64,000 nucleotides of DNA from Trichosphaerium sp. ATCC 40318 (lineage: Eukaryota > Protista > Tubulinea). Shown here piece after piece: positions 28,601-40,639 of the stretch; the stretch's first letter is position 1; every line of letters begins with the position of its first letter. The DNA lies in the NCBI GenBank assembly GCA_038496445.1, contig JALMLS010000514.1, positions 124,001-188,000 of the forward strand. Direction: 5' to 3'. The position numbers and the translations under genes were made by a program. A model generated the notes under the pieces. That model was not told where the DNA came from and ran no database searches. It was given only the letters and a program-made list of their open reading frames with translations.

Positions 28601-30102
28601 AATTTGATACCGGCCCCTGTACCAACATCTTCACCAAAAGCACCGGCTCAGTCTCAGTAATAATAGTATTTCCAAAAAATACGGAACCTGAAATGGCAGC
28701 TTGACGAGTTTCTCCAATCCGTATCCCACCGTCTACATTGCCCTCTATGTGAGTGTTTTTGATTAATACGTCATCACTGGAGTCAATGTATACACTATAT
28801 CGTCCTGTATTGTTTCTGTAACAAGCAAGTACTGAGTAATTCGATGAAACAAGAGTTTGTTTTGAAAGGAGCTGTACCTTAAGATGCAATTATCTATGAC
28901 TACTGCCGATATTTCCAAGTACAAAGCGCTAGACACGTTTAACAGTTTACTTGAGGCAACAGTTGTGTTTCTGATAGCCACAGTCGAATTAAAGGACGAT
29001 TGAGTTGCTTTGATAATGCCTACTCAAAAGGTTCATTAGAATGGGTTTGGTCTAGCACAGCTTTGCCGGACACCTGCAGAAAGTCAAACAAAGAGTACCC
29101 AGGCTGCTTGTTCCATTAATAAACTTAGAATCTTTTACTTCTACTGAGCAATCTTCAACTGCAATACCCCCAAAGTTCCTTTCTAATACTACCCTGAAAC
29201 AATAGTTAACTAATATTGACTTGTACCAGTACAAATAAGACATACCCCGAAAGCAATAAAGAGGACACTTCAGCATAAATAACATATCTTTGCTGCTCGC
29301 CACCACTGCAAGTACAATCCGTAATCAAACAAGATCTATGAAGATCTAGTTAGTACTTTCCACCGAACCAAAAAGAACGCGCTTGAATAAAACAACAAGC
29401 TTACCTTAGCTCTATTGTCCACCCTTGCGCTGCAATAACAGAAGCATCAGGGAAACTTCCAGAATATATCTAACAAGTAATTAAACATGACCAATTGTCG
29501 AATCAATTACGTACAACTGGTTTGCATTTCATTCGAGTTATGTGGATGCCAGAGATCTTTAAAACACCATGCTCAATCCCTCTTTTTGCGACCAAGAAGT
29601 ACCCAGAATATTCTCCATCAATAATAGTATCAGCGCTGCCTACAATAAAATAAATTACAAGAACGCCCAATCAATCAACTTCGGCGTTTTTAGACAACCT
29701 ATTTAAAGGCGCAATTTCAGTTTAACACATCTCCTAATGCGTAAACGTATTTATACCTTCTATAGAAATATTCAAGGCTCTTTGTAGAGTAATGTTGACG
29801 TTATTTGGACCTTTCAAGGGTATAAATAAGATCGTTGTTGTTACGAATTGTTCCGTACCAGTAAATACCCCGTTTGAGAGTTTTATGATATCATTCGTTG
29901 TAGCCACATCCTGTAACGCATAACGAAGAGATTTGCATGGATTTACCTTACAATCACCTAAATCTGCACCTAAACAGCTGTGTTATGCTCAGTTTTGTTT
30001 ACAAAAAATGATGAAATAAAAATCCTTACCGTTGTTGCTTACATGAAGCACTGCACACTGATGAAAAGATATCATACATATAAATATCCCTAAGAAGTAC
30101 AT
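25602..30102 (-). CDS. Class C GPCR with beta-helix ectodomain, tandem copy 2 (several small frameshifts: pseudogene or assembly error)
   Basis: Direct tandem duplicate of 20802..25266 with the same exon structure. 1-nt losses, e.g. near 26085. Confidence 0.8.
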
Positions 30103-31431
30103 TATCGTAGAAACCACTTTCTCGTCACGTGACAATCAATCAACTGGTGAAAACTACTTTCTATTTTTTGGAGACTTAACGCAAATTGCTTCGTTGTGAG
30201 TTACTGGTTGCTACAATTAATGATGTCATTAACTCGCAAGTGGGTATTAAAAGGACTAATTCGACGGTACAGAATAATAAAACATTAGTGTTAACTCCGT
30301 ATTCTATTAATGTTGTTGTATGTAGAAATAAACTAACTTGGTACTATGACCATTTACAACAATGTTATTTCTTTGTTCAAGCCATTTTACATGCTTAGTC
30401 ATCTCATGATTGTACCTTGTATTTACTGCAGCCTGTTTTGACAGAATTGGCCACTTTTCATACACTGATGAGTCCAAATCGATAATATCAAGCTGAATCT
30501 GGTAGGTTATAGATGTCACTCGTCTGATTTTACTGCCTCTCTATTAAATTCGTTATTTATGACAGTACAAATAGTATTTTACCGGCGTTAGATAAGCATG
30601 GTAGTTTGTTACTTAAGGTAGTTTCCAGTGTAACAAGTTCGGTGAGTTCTATCAATGACAGATTACGATAGAAAAAGTTTTTTGATGTATTGTTATCACT
30701 TAAGGGACGTAAGTCATACTATGAAGGATAGCATTGTCATGCATAGTTCACATTGTTATATATCTACACCATTTGACAGAAGTGTCAGATCTTGCTAGAT
30801 CTGCTAAAAGTGCTAGAAACTCACTTTCCAGAAAATAGTAGTAAAACTTGAAGGTGATTAACATCCGTTGAAAAGATAAAGTACCTTAGATTCACTTGTT
30901 CTTGTTAGTCCAACACTACCAGATTGAGGAGAGACTCCGTCTCGCTCGGCTGCGACCCTACGTGGATCAACGTAGCCAGGGATCCATCCAATTTATTGGA
31001 TTGATCTCTTTAAATCAATACATTACATTATTGTCTGTGTCATTCTGCCAAAGGTCTAATCAGAAAAAGAGTGGATATGCGTAGTCTAGCTAGTAAAATT
31101 AGAGGACGTGCATAATCTAAGTAGTGAACTTAGAGGACGTGCCCTTTAATAGCCACGTGATTTTTTTTTCATCGGAAAATTACAAACTCACATCGTGTAT
31201 TATAATAAGCCAGTGAAACAAGCACCAAAGCCGTGACCAAAATGGTGCCATGTAATTATTTTAGGAAGTTACAATACATTCCTATAGAACTCCAAAAAAA
31301 AAAAACAGTCATTTCTGTTAATTCCACAGATTCTGTGATCTTTAACCCGAAAAATAAAAGTGGTACGGTACAACCACAGCAACTGATCCGATAAAATCTC
31401 ATAATTGTGGATAGAACAGTCCCGCGGTCCA

Positions 31432-33408
31432 ATGTTACGACGTAAATTAGAAAAAGTTATTTCACTTTTCTCAACGCCTTTTTTAGGTTCTGTTGCGGTT
31501 AGCAGACATTATAGGACGTACGCAAGCTCTAAAGCGGTGATAAGACAATCACATTACAAGCCTACAATACGAGATAGTAAGACAGTGCCGTTTTATAGTC
31601 CATTACATCACGCCTATGTAAATACCTCAAGAATGATGCTGTTGTATTCTCCTTCAAGATTTTATTCAACTGACTGCCAAGATAGCGGTAATCTTGAGCC
31701 AGAAATACAAGAGGTACGACTACGCCATGGTTTTGTTTATTTTTGTAAAGGTCACGTGTATTTGCTGAAACGGTTTTTTTCAAGGAGCTTTACAAAAACA
31801 GTAAAGCCGTAAAAATGCGGCGTTACCTCAGAGGAGAAAAAAAGGGGTTACGCGAAATGTTTTCTAAAGAAGGTCAGTTATTAGCGCAATATTACGCAGA
31901 TGATAAAGAAAGACGACAAGGAGAATGCAATGAGTGGCATAAAAATGGAGTGCTTCACATCAAAACGTTTTGGAAAGACGGGAAACCAGAAGGTGTATCT
32001 GAACAATGGTGTACACGTGGTAAACTACAAACGCGAGTAAATTTCAAAGATGGTAAGAGAAATGGTGAATACAAACAGTGGTATGAGAACGGACAACTTA
32101 TGACACAAACAATGTATGTTGATGGTAAAGAAAATGGTGAATACAAAGACTGGCATGAAAATGGACAACTTATGACACAAGCAATGTATGTTAATGGTAA
32201 AAAAAATGGTGAATACAAACTGTACGAGAACGGTCAGTTACAAATACAAGTGTGTTTAAAGATGACAAGAAAGAAGGTGAACTACTTTGTTGGCATAAAA
32301 ACGGTCAATTACGTAGACAAATGTACTTCAAGGATGATAAACTAGAAGGTACTATGAAAGATTGGTACATAAATGGGCAACTAGAGTCGCAATTAGTGCA
32401 TGTTAATGATAAAAAACATGGCGAAGCCAAATACTGGCATGAAAACGGGCAACTACGGAATCAAGTAGTCTTCAAAGACGGTTTTGAACAAGGTAGAGTG
32501 GTTTGACTACTGAAAATATTAAACAGTCAGTTTAAGGGTGTCCTTAATACTAACAGCTTGTAGGGGAGATAGAAGTGTTCCATGATAATGGTCAAATATA
32601 TCAAAGTTATACGATGAAAAATGGGAAAAGAGAAGGTGAATGCAAACAATGGCATAAAAACGGTCAATTAGCTTCACAATGCTATCGCTCAGACGACAAG
32701 ATAGAAGGTGAACATAAAGATTGGTACAACAACGGTCAACTTGCCATGCGAACCCATTTCTCCGCCGGAGTCAAAGAAGGTGAACACAAACAATGGTATA
32801 AACACAACGGACAAGTATCTATTCTTTGCCATTTCTCAGATGGAAAGAGAAACGGAGAATTCAAAAAGTTTTATGACAATGGCCAATTGAGGTTATTGAG
32901 GTTTTTCAAGGATGATAAACTAGAAGGTGAAGAAACAGTGTGGCATAAAAATGGGAAAATAGAGTCTGTTATATACTACAAAGATGGCTTGAAAGAAGGC
33001 GAAGCAAAAGGTTGGCATGAAGGTGGCCAATTAAAAACCCTAGTCTCTTTCAAAGATGACAAAGTTGAAGGTGAGTACAAAGAGTGGTATAAAAGTGGTC
33101 AATTACATGTGCAATGCTATTTCTCATCAGACAAAAAGGAAGGCGAACACAAAGAGTGGTATGAGAGTGGGAAAATAGAATTGATTTCATACTACAAAGA
33201 TAACAAGAGAGAAGGTGAAGTAAAAGAGTGGTATGAAAATGGTCAATTATCTCGACATAGTAACTATGTCAATGATAAACTAGAAGGACTGTATACACAA
33301 TGGAATGATATTGGCCAAGTAAAACTGCAACTAAAGTACGCCAACAATAGAGACGTGACATGGACAATCAAAGAAAAGGTGCTTAAGAGTGATACAGAAG
33401 GTAAATAG
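31432..33408 (+). CDS. Long MORN-variant repeat protein with putative mitochondrial presequence (2 introns, one frameshift near 32250)
   Basis: About 20 'EGE.KEWY.NGQL' repeats. N-terminus MLRRKLEKVISLFSTPFLGSVAVSRHYRTYASS...SRFYST. Confidence 0.85.
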
Positions 33409-33584
33409 AAAGAGCATAAACAATTCACATAGGAAGCAAGTAGTCAGTAAAAAAGAACAGGAATTCTGTAGAAAATAAAGACACGTGTTCTTAAAATTTT
33501 CTTTTAAACTTGCTCCACATTGTACAATGTATAGTGGACTAAAAAACAGAAGCAAGGGTACAGTTATAAGTTTAAATTAACAAT

Positions 33585-36500
33585 CTAAGCATCAGTGGAA
33601 TATTCATCTTCACTTGCAGAAGACTCTGAGATGACGACAGCTGCAAAAGAGTTAGTAAGAGTACCAACGAAGTAGAAGAGAAAAACAATAGTAATAGACA
33701 TGTACCATTGTCCGCAACCTCATTATCTACTAGTCCATCTGTTTGGTCTTCATCAATTACAGAACTCTTCTCGGTTGTATATGAAGCTGATTCAAGCACA
33801 CTAGCGTTCCCTGGACCTTCCTAAAAAACTGAATCAGAAACAAATAAACTGAATAAAAACGGCTATTGTTATCACGTTCCAGGTTAAGTCAATAATCACG
33901 TGATAACAAAAAAAAAAAAAGGGCAACTAACACTAATGTCCGAAACAAAATAAGACAAGCAGAATTCCTGTAAAAAGGTTTTTTTTGTTCAAAAAAAAAA
34001 AAGTACCTGTTTTTGTAAGTTTGCTATATGATGCTCTAACTTAGTTATCTTGGCCTTTAACATTTGTACATCATCATAGCTACTTCCAGAAGTTGCTCTA
34101 GGAGCTAAGAAAAATCGTTTAGTACAAAAAAACCAACCAGTTAAGGAGTGTCCTCATAACAAGAAAGGATAACCGAAAGGGACTTCTTTTTTCTTGTTGT
34201 AGAGATGTTTGACGTACTTGATGATTTTCCAACAAACTTCATATTATATTGTGATGTACGAACAAGTGTCTCCCCCTAAAAGATTTAAGTACAAGCACAT
34301 TTGATTCGAATCATTCGAAGTTGTTGGATTTTTATGGATGGTTGTTTCAAGTTTTTTTGTCGTTTATGTACCTTTATTACTGATATGATCTTTGGTATGA
34401 ATATCATTGATACAGTTACTGTAGTTGATATCCACAAGTAAGCAAAAAGGAAAAATTCAGCAACAGTCAAAGACACAGTGAGGAAAAAGATGAGAGGTAT
34501 AAACAAAACACCTTGAAAAAAAACAGTTAGGTAATTGTAGTTGAAACCGTGTTTTGGCGACGTACTTGTCAAGGCTAGGTTGTATATGGAGAATCCAATA
34601 TACCTTGATTCGTTGTATGCACTGCTAACATTTCTTACGCTTATAGACATAGCAATGCCGAAGAGGAGCTAGAAGAGAAGAAAAATTAGAAAAAGTATAC
34701 AACAGACTCTTGTTGATTTAAAACGCTTTCTCGTGAAGTTAACCCTTATAATTCAGTGCGCATACTACCAACCCCAGTGATAAAATTATCATGGACTTAT
34801 TTGTATGCACAGAAGAAAGACGACACCCTCTCAACAAACTTGTTTGTGCAAAAATAAAACGTACCATCAAACCCTACAAAGTTACTCATTAGTTACAATC
34901 ACGTGATTTAAGTTCTTACCTTGTAGATTATCAATAGCAAGTACCACACCAAGCTTATTTTACATTTTTTGGTTAGCTTGAAGTCTTTTGTTTCTGTTTG
35001 AATCTCAGGTGCATCAACAATTTGCATCACCGTTAAAATAACCTGTTTTTCTAGTCAAGGAAAGAAAGAGGAAGTCTTCAGGTGAGAAAGTACTCGCATG
35101 AGCTCTTAAACAAAGAAAAAAAAAATAACAAACGTAAAGGATACGATGTCTACAAGAAGTAGTGCACAAATATACATGATAAGACGTATATCTGGCATGA
35201 TAACAGGTTTCACTTTTTTGTTGCTAAAAAAAACATATAAGTATGAGTTATGTACAAATGGTTGAGGCTAAATATGTACCTAAAAATACGCCATATACGA
35301 TATGTCCTAACAAATAGTGTTCCATATGTTGCTGTAAAAGCAAGTGCAAGTGCCCTTTTGAGAATATATTAGTAAGGTGCGGTAGTTACAAAAAAAGATG
35401 GAGAAGAAAAAACTGTAAGTACCATATTTTTATCGAACACGCAACAGCATTTGTGGAAGAAACAAGGGCCATAGAGCAATAGAATACAAAAACACCAATA
35501 AGAATAACTAGTAGAAATACAACACTAGCTGTTTTGAGTTGAGGTGTATTATACCAATAGAGTGTAAGGCAAATCAACACTATGGTGAAAATAACACCAG
35601 CAGCTGCAAAAGCATAAAAAGTGATTCGAGCAGCATCTGATAACTCATCGTCTTCTTGAACTTCTAAAGAGTGGAATACACGGAAAACAACAGGTTCTAT
35701 TGTTATCCAAAACTCAAGATCAACAGATCTAAGCAGAAGTAAGTAATTTGTGGGAACATGTGTTATTAAAGTGAACGTACGAATCTTTTTCCAGGTGTAC
35801 TACTAAGTCTTCGGTAGGCAATACATTGCCAATAGATAACGCGGTACCATTAGGATATTCTATATCGTAAGAACCACTACCGACTACATCCATCAAAACA
35901 ATAGATGGAGTTGAGCTAAGTCTGTGCTCGTCTCTTGCAATGTCACTAAAAACACGTGTCAACAAAAAAAATCCAGAACGCAACAAATTTGCTCCTTCGG
36001 AGCTTAAACCCTATAAGCTACCAAAGTACTCGCAAGTGTACTTGGATACACAAAACTAAATAAAAAAACCCTCTGTGCGTAGATCCAAAGCAATAAAAAC
36101 GTACATGACTCTCTGTAGCTCCAGAGATATTGGTACACGTACTCCTCTTCGGAGTATAGCACTAGCATTATAAAAATAATTGCCTGATTTTATAGTTGGA
36201 TTATCATAACGTATTTCTACTCTTGCTGGAGTGGTAGATTCATCCAAGCAATCAGAAACCTTTACAAAAAAACCATGAGAGAACAGCCAATAAGCAAAGA
36301 ACGGTGTCTTAAGCGTACCGTATAAGTAAAAAAGTCAAAGAGACCTTCATCAACAGAGTGTATGCCCTTGTCTAGCTTATAAATAACATGACCTGTTACA
36401 TCGCTAACACTGCCCCTGGATGGGTTCTGAGCGCCAAAAAGCTAAACAACACATCAATCATGGCATCAATACAAAAAAAAGATTTCATTTTGTTAAAACC

Positions 36501-39500
36501 CAACTGGGCTTCTAAAATATCCTTTCGTAGGTTCCTTAAACGTACACGAACAGCATCAATTTCATTGTATGAGGCTACTTCCTCAGAAGCAAGCTCAAGT
36601 CTTAAATACTTTACAAGTTCACTTGACGGACAAACAGGTGGTTGAAAACGACGCAACTGTTCTGGTTGAGAAGAGAAAGTTTCTGCTCCCCATATTGTCT
36701 TCCTGTTAACAAAACAGTTAGAAAAACCAAGCACATATAATACGACTACAATAAATTCTTCAAGACAAAAGGTCCTGGTATAGTTTTTTGTAGCTTTAAC
36801 TTCGCCAATTGCTGTACCAGTTTGTGTTTATACCATCATATGTTGATGCAACTTGTATGCTAGATACAGCGCCAGGATGGAATGATTCATATATCTCTAT
36901 AGCGTTAACAAATACAGGAATCTCATACTCAAGTTCAACAAACTCTCCAACAGTATCAGGACCCTTTAGATGCCAGTATTAGCAAACAAACACATATTAA
37001 GCATCACATACAGTAGTGGCCCAAGATTGTTGAATATCTCCATAAGAAGGGACATCATTAGGACCAATCAATTGAGTAGCATGCCTATTAATAAGGCGAT
37101 GAGCAAACAGTAAAAGTGATGAATGTGTAAAGAAAGTAGCGTACCAAGCGGTTTCATCACAAGGGTTTTCAAGACACGCTGTAAAATTAAAGCATCTATC
37201 GCATCTTGAAAACTGAGAAGATGCATTCATAACACCCACAGCCCACATTGTTATCTCAGCTGCATTCTCAAATGTGATACGATCTCCCTTTAAATAATTG
37301 TAAGAAAAAACTAAGAAAAAAAAGGTACTTACTACGCTTCCATTCTGATTCACTTGATGGAGAACACCTATCCTTGGGAAGTCTACAATACGATATATAG
37401 GATTTTCTGCAAAGAATACTTGATCGACATCAGAAGACTGTAAAGTGAAAGTAACATAGTCGTCATCAACAGCGTTCAAGTCAACATCCAAAGCCTTTTG
37501 TGAAAAAAATCAGTATCGATTTCGTTTTGTTTCACTAATAGTACTTGGGGTTCTGGAGCATCATTTAGAGGTGTCACAGTTATAGATATTTCTCCAATAG
37601 ATGATGGTGTGTCACCTGGGTTCGTAAGGCGATACTGGAAGCTATCAAAGCCTTTCAATGTATTAGAGAAAAAACAATATCCCAAGATAAAAATGCTGTA
37701 CGGGTTACCTGTAGAATTATACTGGTCTGTGTCTGGTTTGTAAATTAACACCCCTCGTGTGTTATTAACAGAAGTAAATGGTGTTGCAATCTCTGTTAGG
37801 TTGTTTGTATCAAGCAAAAGTGTATTGTAGCTCTTAATATCACCATTAAAAGCAAGTTGATAGAGTTTTCCCTTTGTTGGAAGTGCTGTTATCTAAACAA
37901 CTTATAAGCGATGAAGAGGTATCAAAGATAAATAAAAGAAAGAAAACAGGTAATAACATTATGACTATTTCAGAAATAGTGGACATGCCTCAACTCCAAG
38001 AAGGTTTTCACGAAAATCTAGTTTGCCAAGAACAATGGTAAGAAATCCATCCTCTTCCATCACTAATGAATCATCTGGAGCGGTACCAAGTCCTTCAAAT
38101 GCGTGTAGCTCAACTGTTGCTGAAGCATTCACTAAAATAGTTTTTTAGGTTTTTTCAAGTTCTAACATCACGTGACATACTGTTGCTTGTATCTACTGTT
38201 GTGTATTCAAAACTGTCAAACTTCTCTACACCTGAATATGTGTAGACCAACCTGTTTATACTCATGAGATTATAATATTTATCACGAGATGTACCTCTTG
38301 GATTGTAAGTTTGCAATATCAATGACTTCGTCACCAAGATTTACAGCAGTTCCGTTCATTAATGTTAGAGAACCAAACTGAGGAAGCCTTGTGATATACG
38401 TTTGCAGAGCCTCTGCAGGGTTACCTCCACGAGCAGTGAGCGATATCTCTAGCGCATTCCCAGGTTGAAAAGATGTGACTAATTTACCACCTAGTGCTGA
38501 AGGCACTCCAGAAGTTACATAAGCAGGCGTTGTTGGCTTTCTAGCATTTTATAATTAGAAGACGTAAAAAATACCATTTGATAAAAAGGCACGTGCAAAC
38601 TTAGGTTTATCCTGGAAGCAGATGAATATGTCATTCTATTTTCAAGCGATGGTAGAGAACCCAAGTTAGCGTTATTTCCGTTACCAGTTAAATCAGATAC
38701 TACATCATTACTAAAGAGTGTCAAAATAACAGGTGGAGAAGAAAGAAGTGTCAAATCGTTTTCATTTGCCCACAATATCAAAACACCTCTTTAGTTACGA
38801 CAGGTGGATATAAGATATTGATGCAATAGGAGGGTGAAAAAGTATTGAATGAGTGAGATGACTCCCTTTAAAACTCTTAAGTTTTGCTTTTTTTTTTACC
38901 CGAAATCATCGAAGTTCCAGTATAAATTCAAACCACTAGTTGAAGGGTCTATTGCTTTATCGTAGTTATCAATAATCTCTTGTGGCGTTCTAACAATATT
39001 CCATATTCTTAGCTCATCTATTAAACCGTCAAGAGCCTGAAACTCATCGAAATCACCGCAAAGTCTATCAGCATCTTGACCAACCATCTAATCAAAAAAA
39101 AGTCAGTTTTTACCTCATTGAGGTCTATAAAATCACGTGTTAACTGACAACCGGATAAACAACAAATCGGCTTTTATCCGGACGGGCATGTTTAACTCGA
39201 ATGATAACGTCAAAGTAGTTTAGTCATCTAAAAAAACTATTTACGTACAAAGCATCCTCCTGTTTGTAGTTGAGTGTTATTCATTCCCCATATTGGGTTT
39301 GCAGAAGCTAGATTCTCAGAATATACTTGATTGCCATTTCTGTAGTAAGAAACAGAGCCAGAAATACCATCCCAAGTGACTAAAAGTAGAAAGAGTAAGA
39401 AAAAAACGCATGTATGAAAAAAGTATTGTTGTTTTTAAGGGCAGGCCTTAAATCTTTATTTCTTCTGTACCTGCCCAATGTTCCCAACCATCACGTCCTA

Positions 39501-40233
39501 CGCCCATACAATCAGCTGCAGTGCAAGATGCTTGTGTCGCAGTTTGAAAAAAGACAAAGGACCTTCAAAGAGTCAGTTAACATAATAACAGAATATATAC
39601 ATGTCTAACGGCCGAAAAAGGTAGTTCTTAACCGAGAAGGCTACGAAAAGGTAAAATTTCTGCTAAGACTGTTTATGAAGAAACTGACGCCGAAATAATC
39701 GGCCTAAGCCTACCACGACGCCAGGTATACGGTTTTTTTTCGAATCACAAGAAAAAACCTTAAGAGCGTACCTATCTTGTCTGTGGTGCATATTAAATGC
39801 GTCTGGTATAGATGCACCAGCATCACCGTCAAATATACTGTAGTTTATGACCGTACTTTCTGCATTAAACTCGTCGCTAATACGGAACCAATATTCAATG
39901 GTAATACTGGTATGTACGGTTAGAAATAATCCCATATAACGCGTTTTTCGTTCATAAAGACGATTGCCATTAAATTACGAAAGAAACTCGATTAGGCGGT
40001 AAGAAATCATACGTATTTGATGGTGGTGCGTTCCATAGTAGACTAACAGCGTCGGAACGCGTATGATCCATGTAAATTGCGTAACCTGACGAAAGTTAAG
40101 ACTCCGTCATTGTTGTTTCGTTTTTGTTTATAAACATACCAGAACCTCCTACTATTGGCTGGCATATTGTATTTTGAATACAAAAACACAAAAGGGCGTA
40201 AACCAAGTACACGCCGTAACACTTAGTTTCCAT
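33585..40233 (-). CDS. Class C GPCR with LamG/ConA + cadherin-like Ig + discoidin/pappalysin-like ectodomain
   Basis: 7TM: FVRTYRIWRIF, SVRNVSSAYNESRYIGFSIYN, FIPKI. LamG: ITIEYW, VTWDG, GLIDELRIWN. Ig: LPTKGKLYQL, DSFQY..NDAP. Discoidin-like: SSQFS..YGDIQQSWA, IEIYESFHPGAV, YNEIDAVRV. Confidence 0.85.
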
Positions 40234-40639
40234 TTGATTTTCACAGCTTATATTTACAGCTACTACTACTTCGGCGTATTTTCAAATAGTTGTTGACTTG
40301 TAGGCTTCCTTAACTTTTTTTGTTCACATTCTCCGACACCATAAACACCGCCTTTCGATACTACAAGCAGTGTTTTGTGCAAAAAAGTCGTTCGCAAAAC
40401 TTCCTAAATAGAACTACCAAAACACAAAAAAAGCTTACATTATCGCACAACTACGCTAAAAAAGAACACAGTATTGAAAAAAAATCAAATTAGGCCTGAA
40501 CTCTGATAACTTTCGCTAACGAATTTCAACGCGCACAAAAGAGCGCCATTCTATCATTCTATTGATAATAAAACCAGAGCTTGAAGCGCAGTATTTTTTA
40601 TTGGTTTGCACACATTTTTAAGTCTTTTTTTTGTCTAGT

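Noticed and set aside
30186-31140. Short ORFs and a GC-rich patch between GPCR copy 2 and the MORN gene
   Set aside because: No interpretable protein motif or repeat boundary; CTGATGA at ~30463 lacks the rest of a hammerhead core.
32040-32250. CRISPR-like or DGR-like repeats
   Set aside because: The ~72-bp periodicity is the coding MORN repeat; no spacers, Cas genes or reverse transcriptase.
31815-33408. Programmed frameshifting or alternative genetic code in MORN and GPCR genes
   Set aside because: Breaks are small indels, often in homopolymers and not shared between paralogs, and conserved genes use standard stops. Assembly error or decay is simpler.
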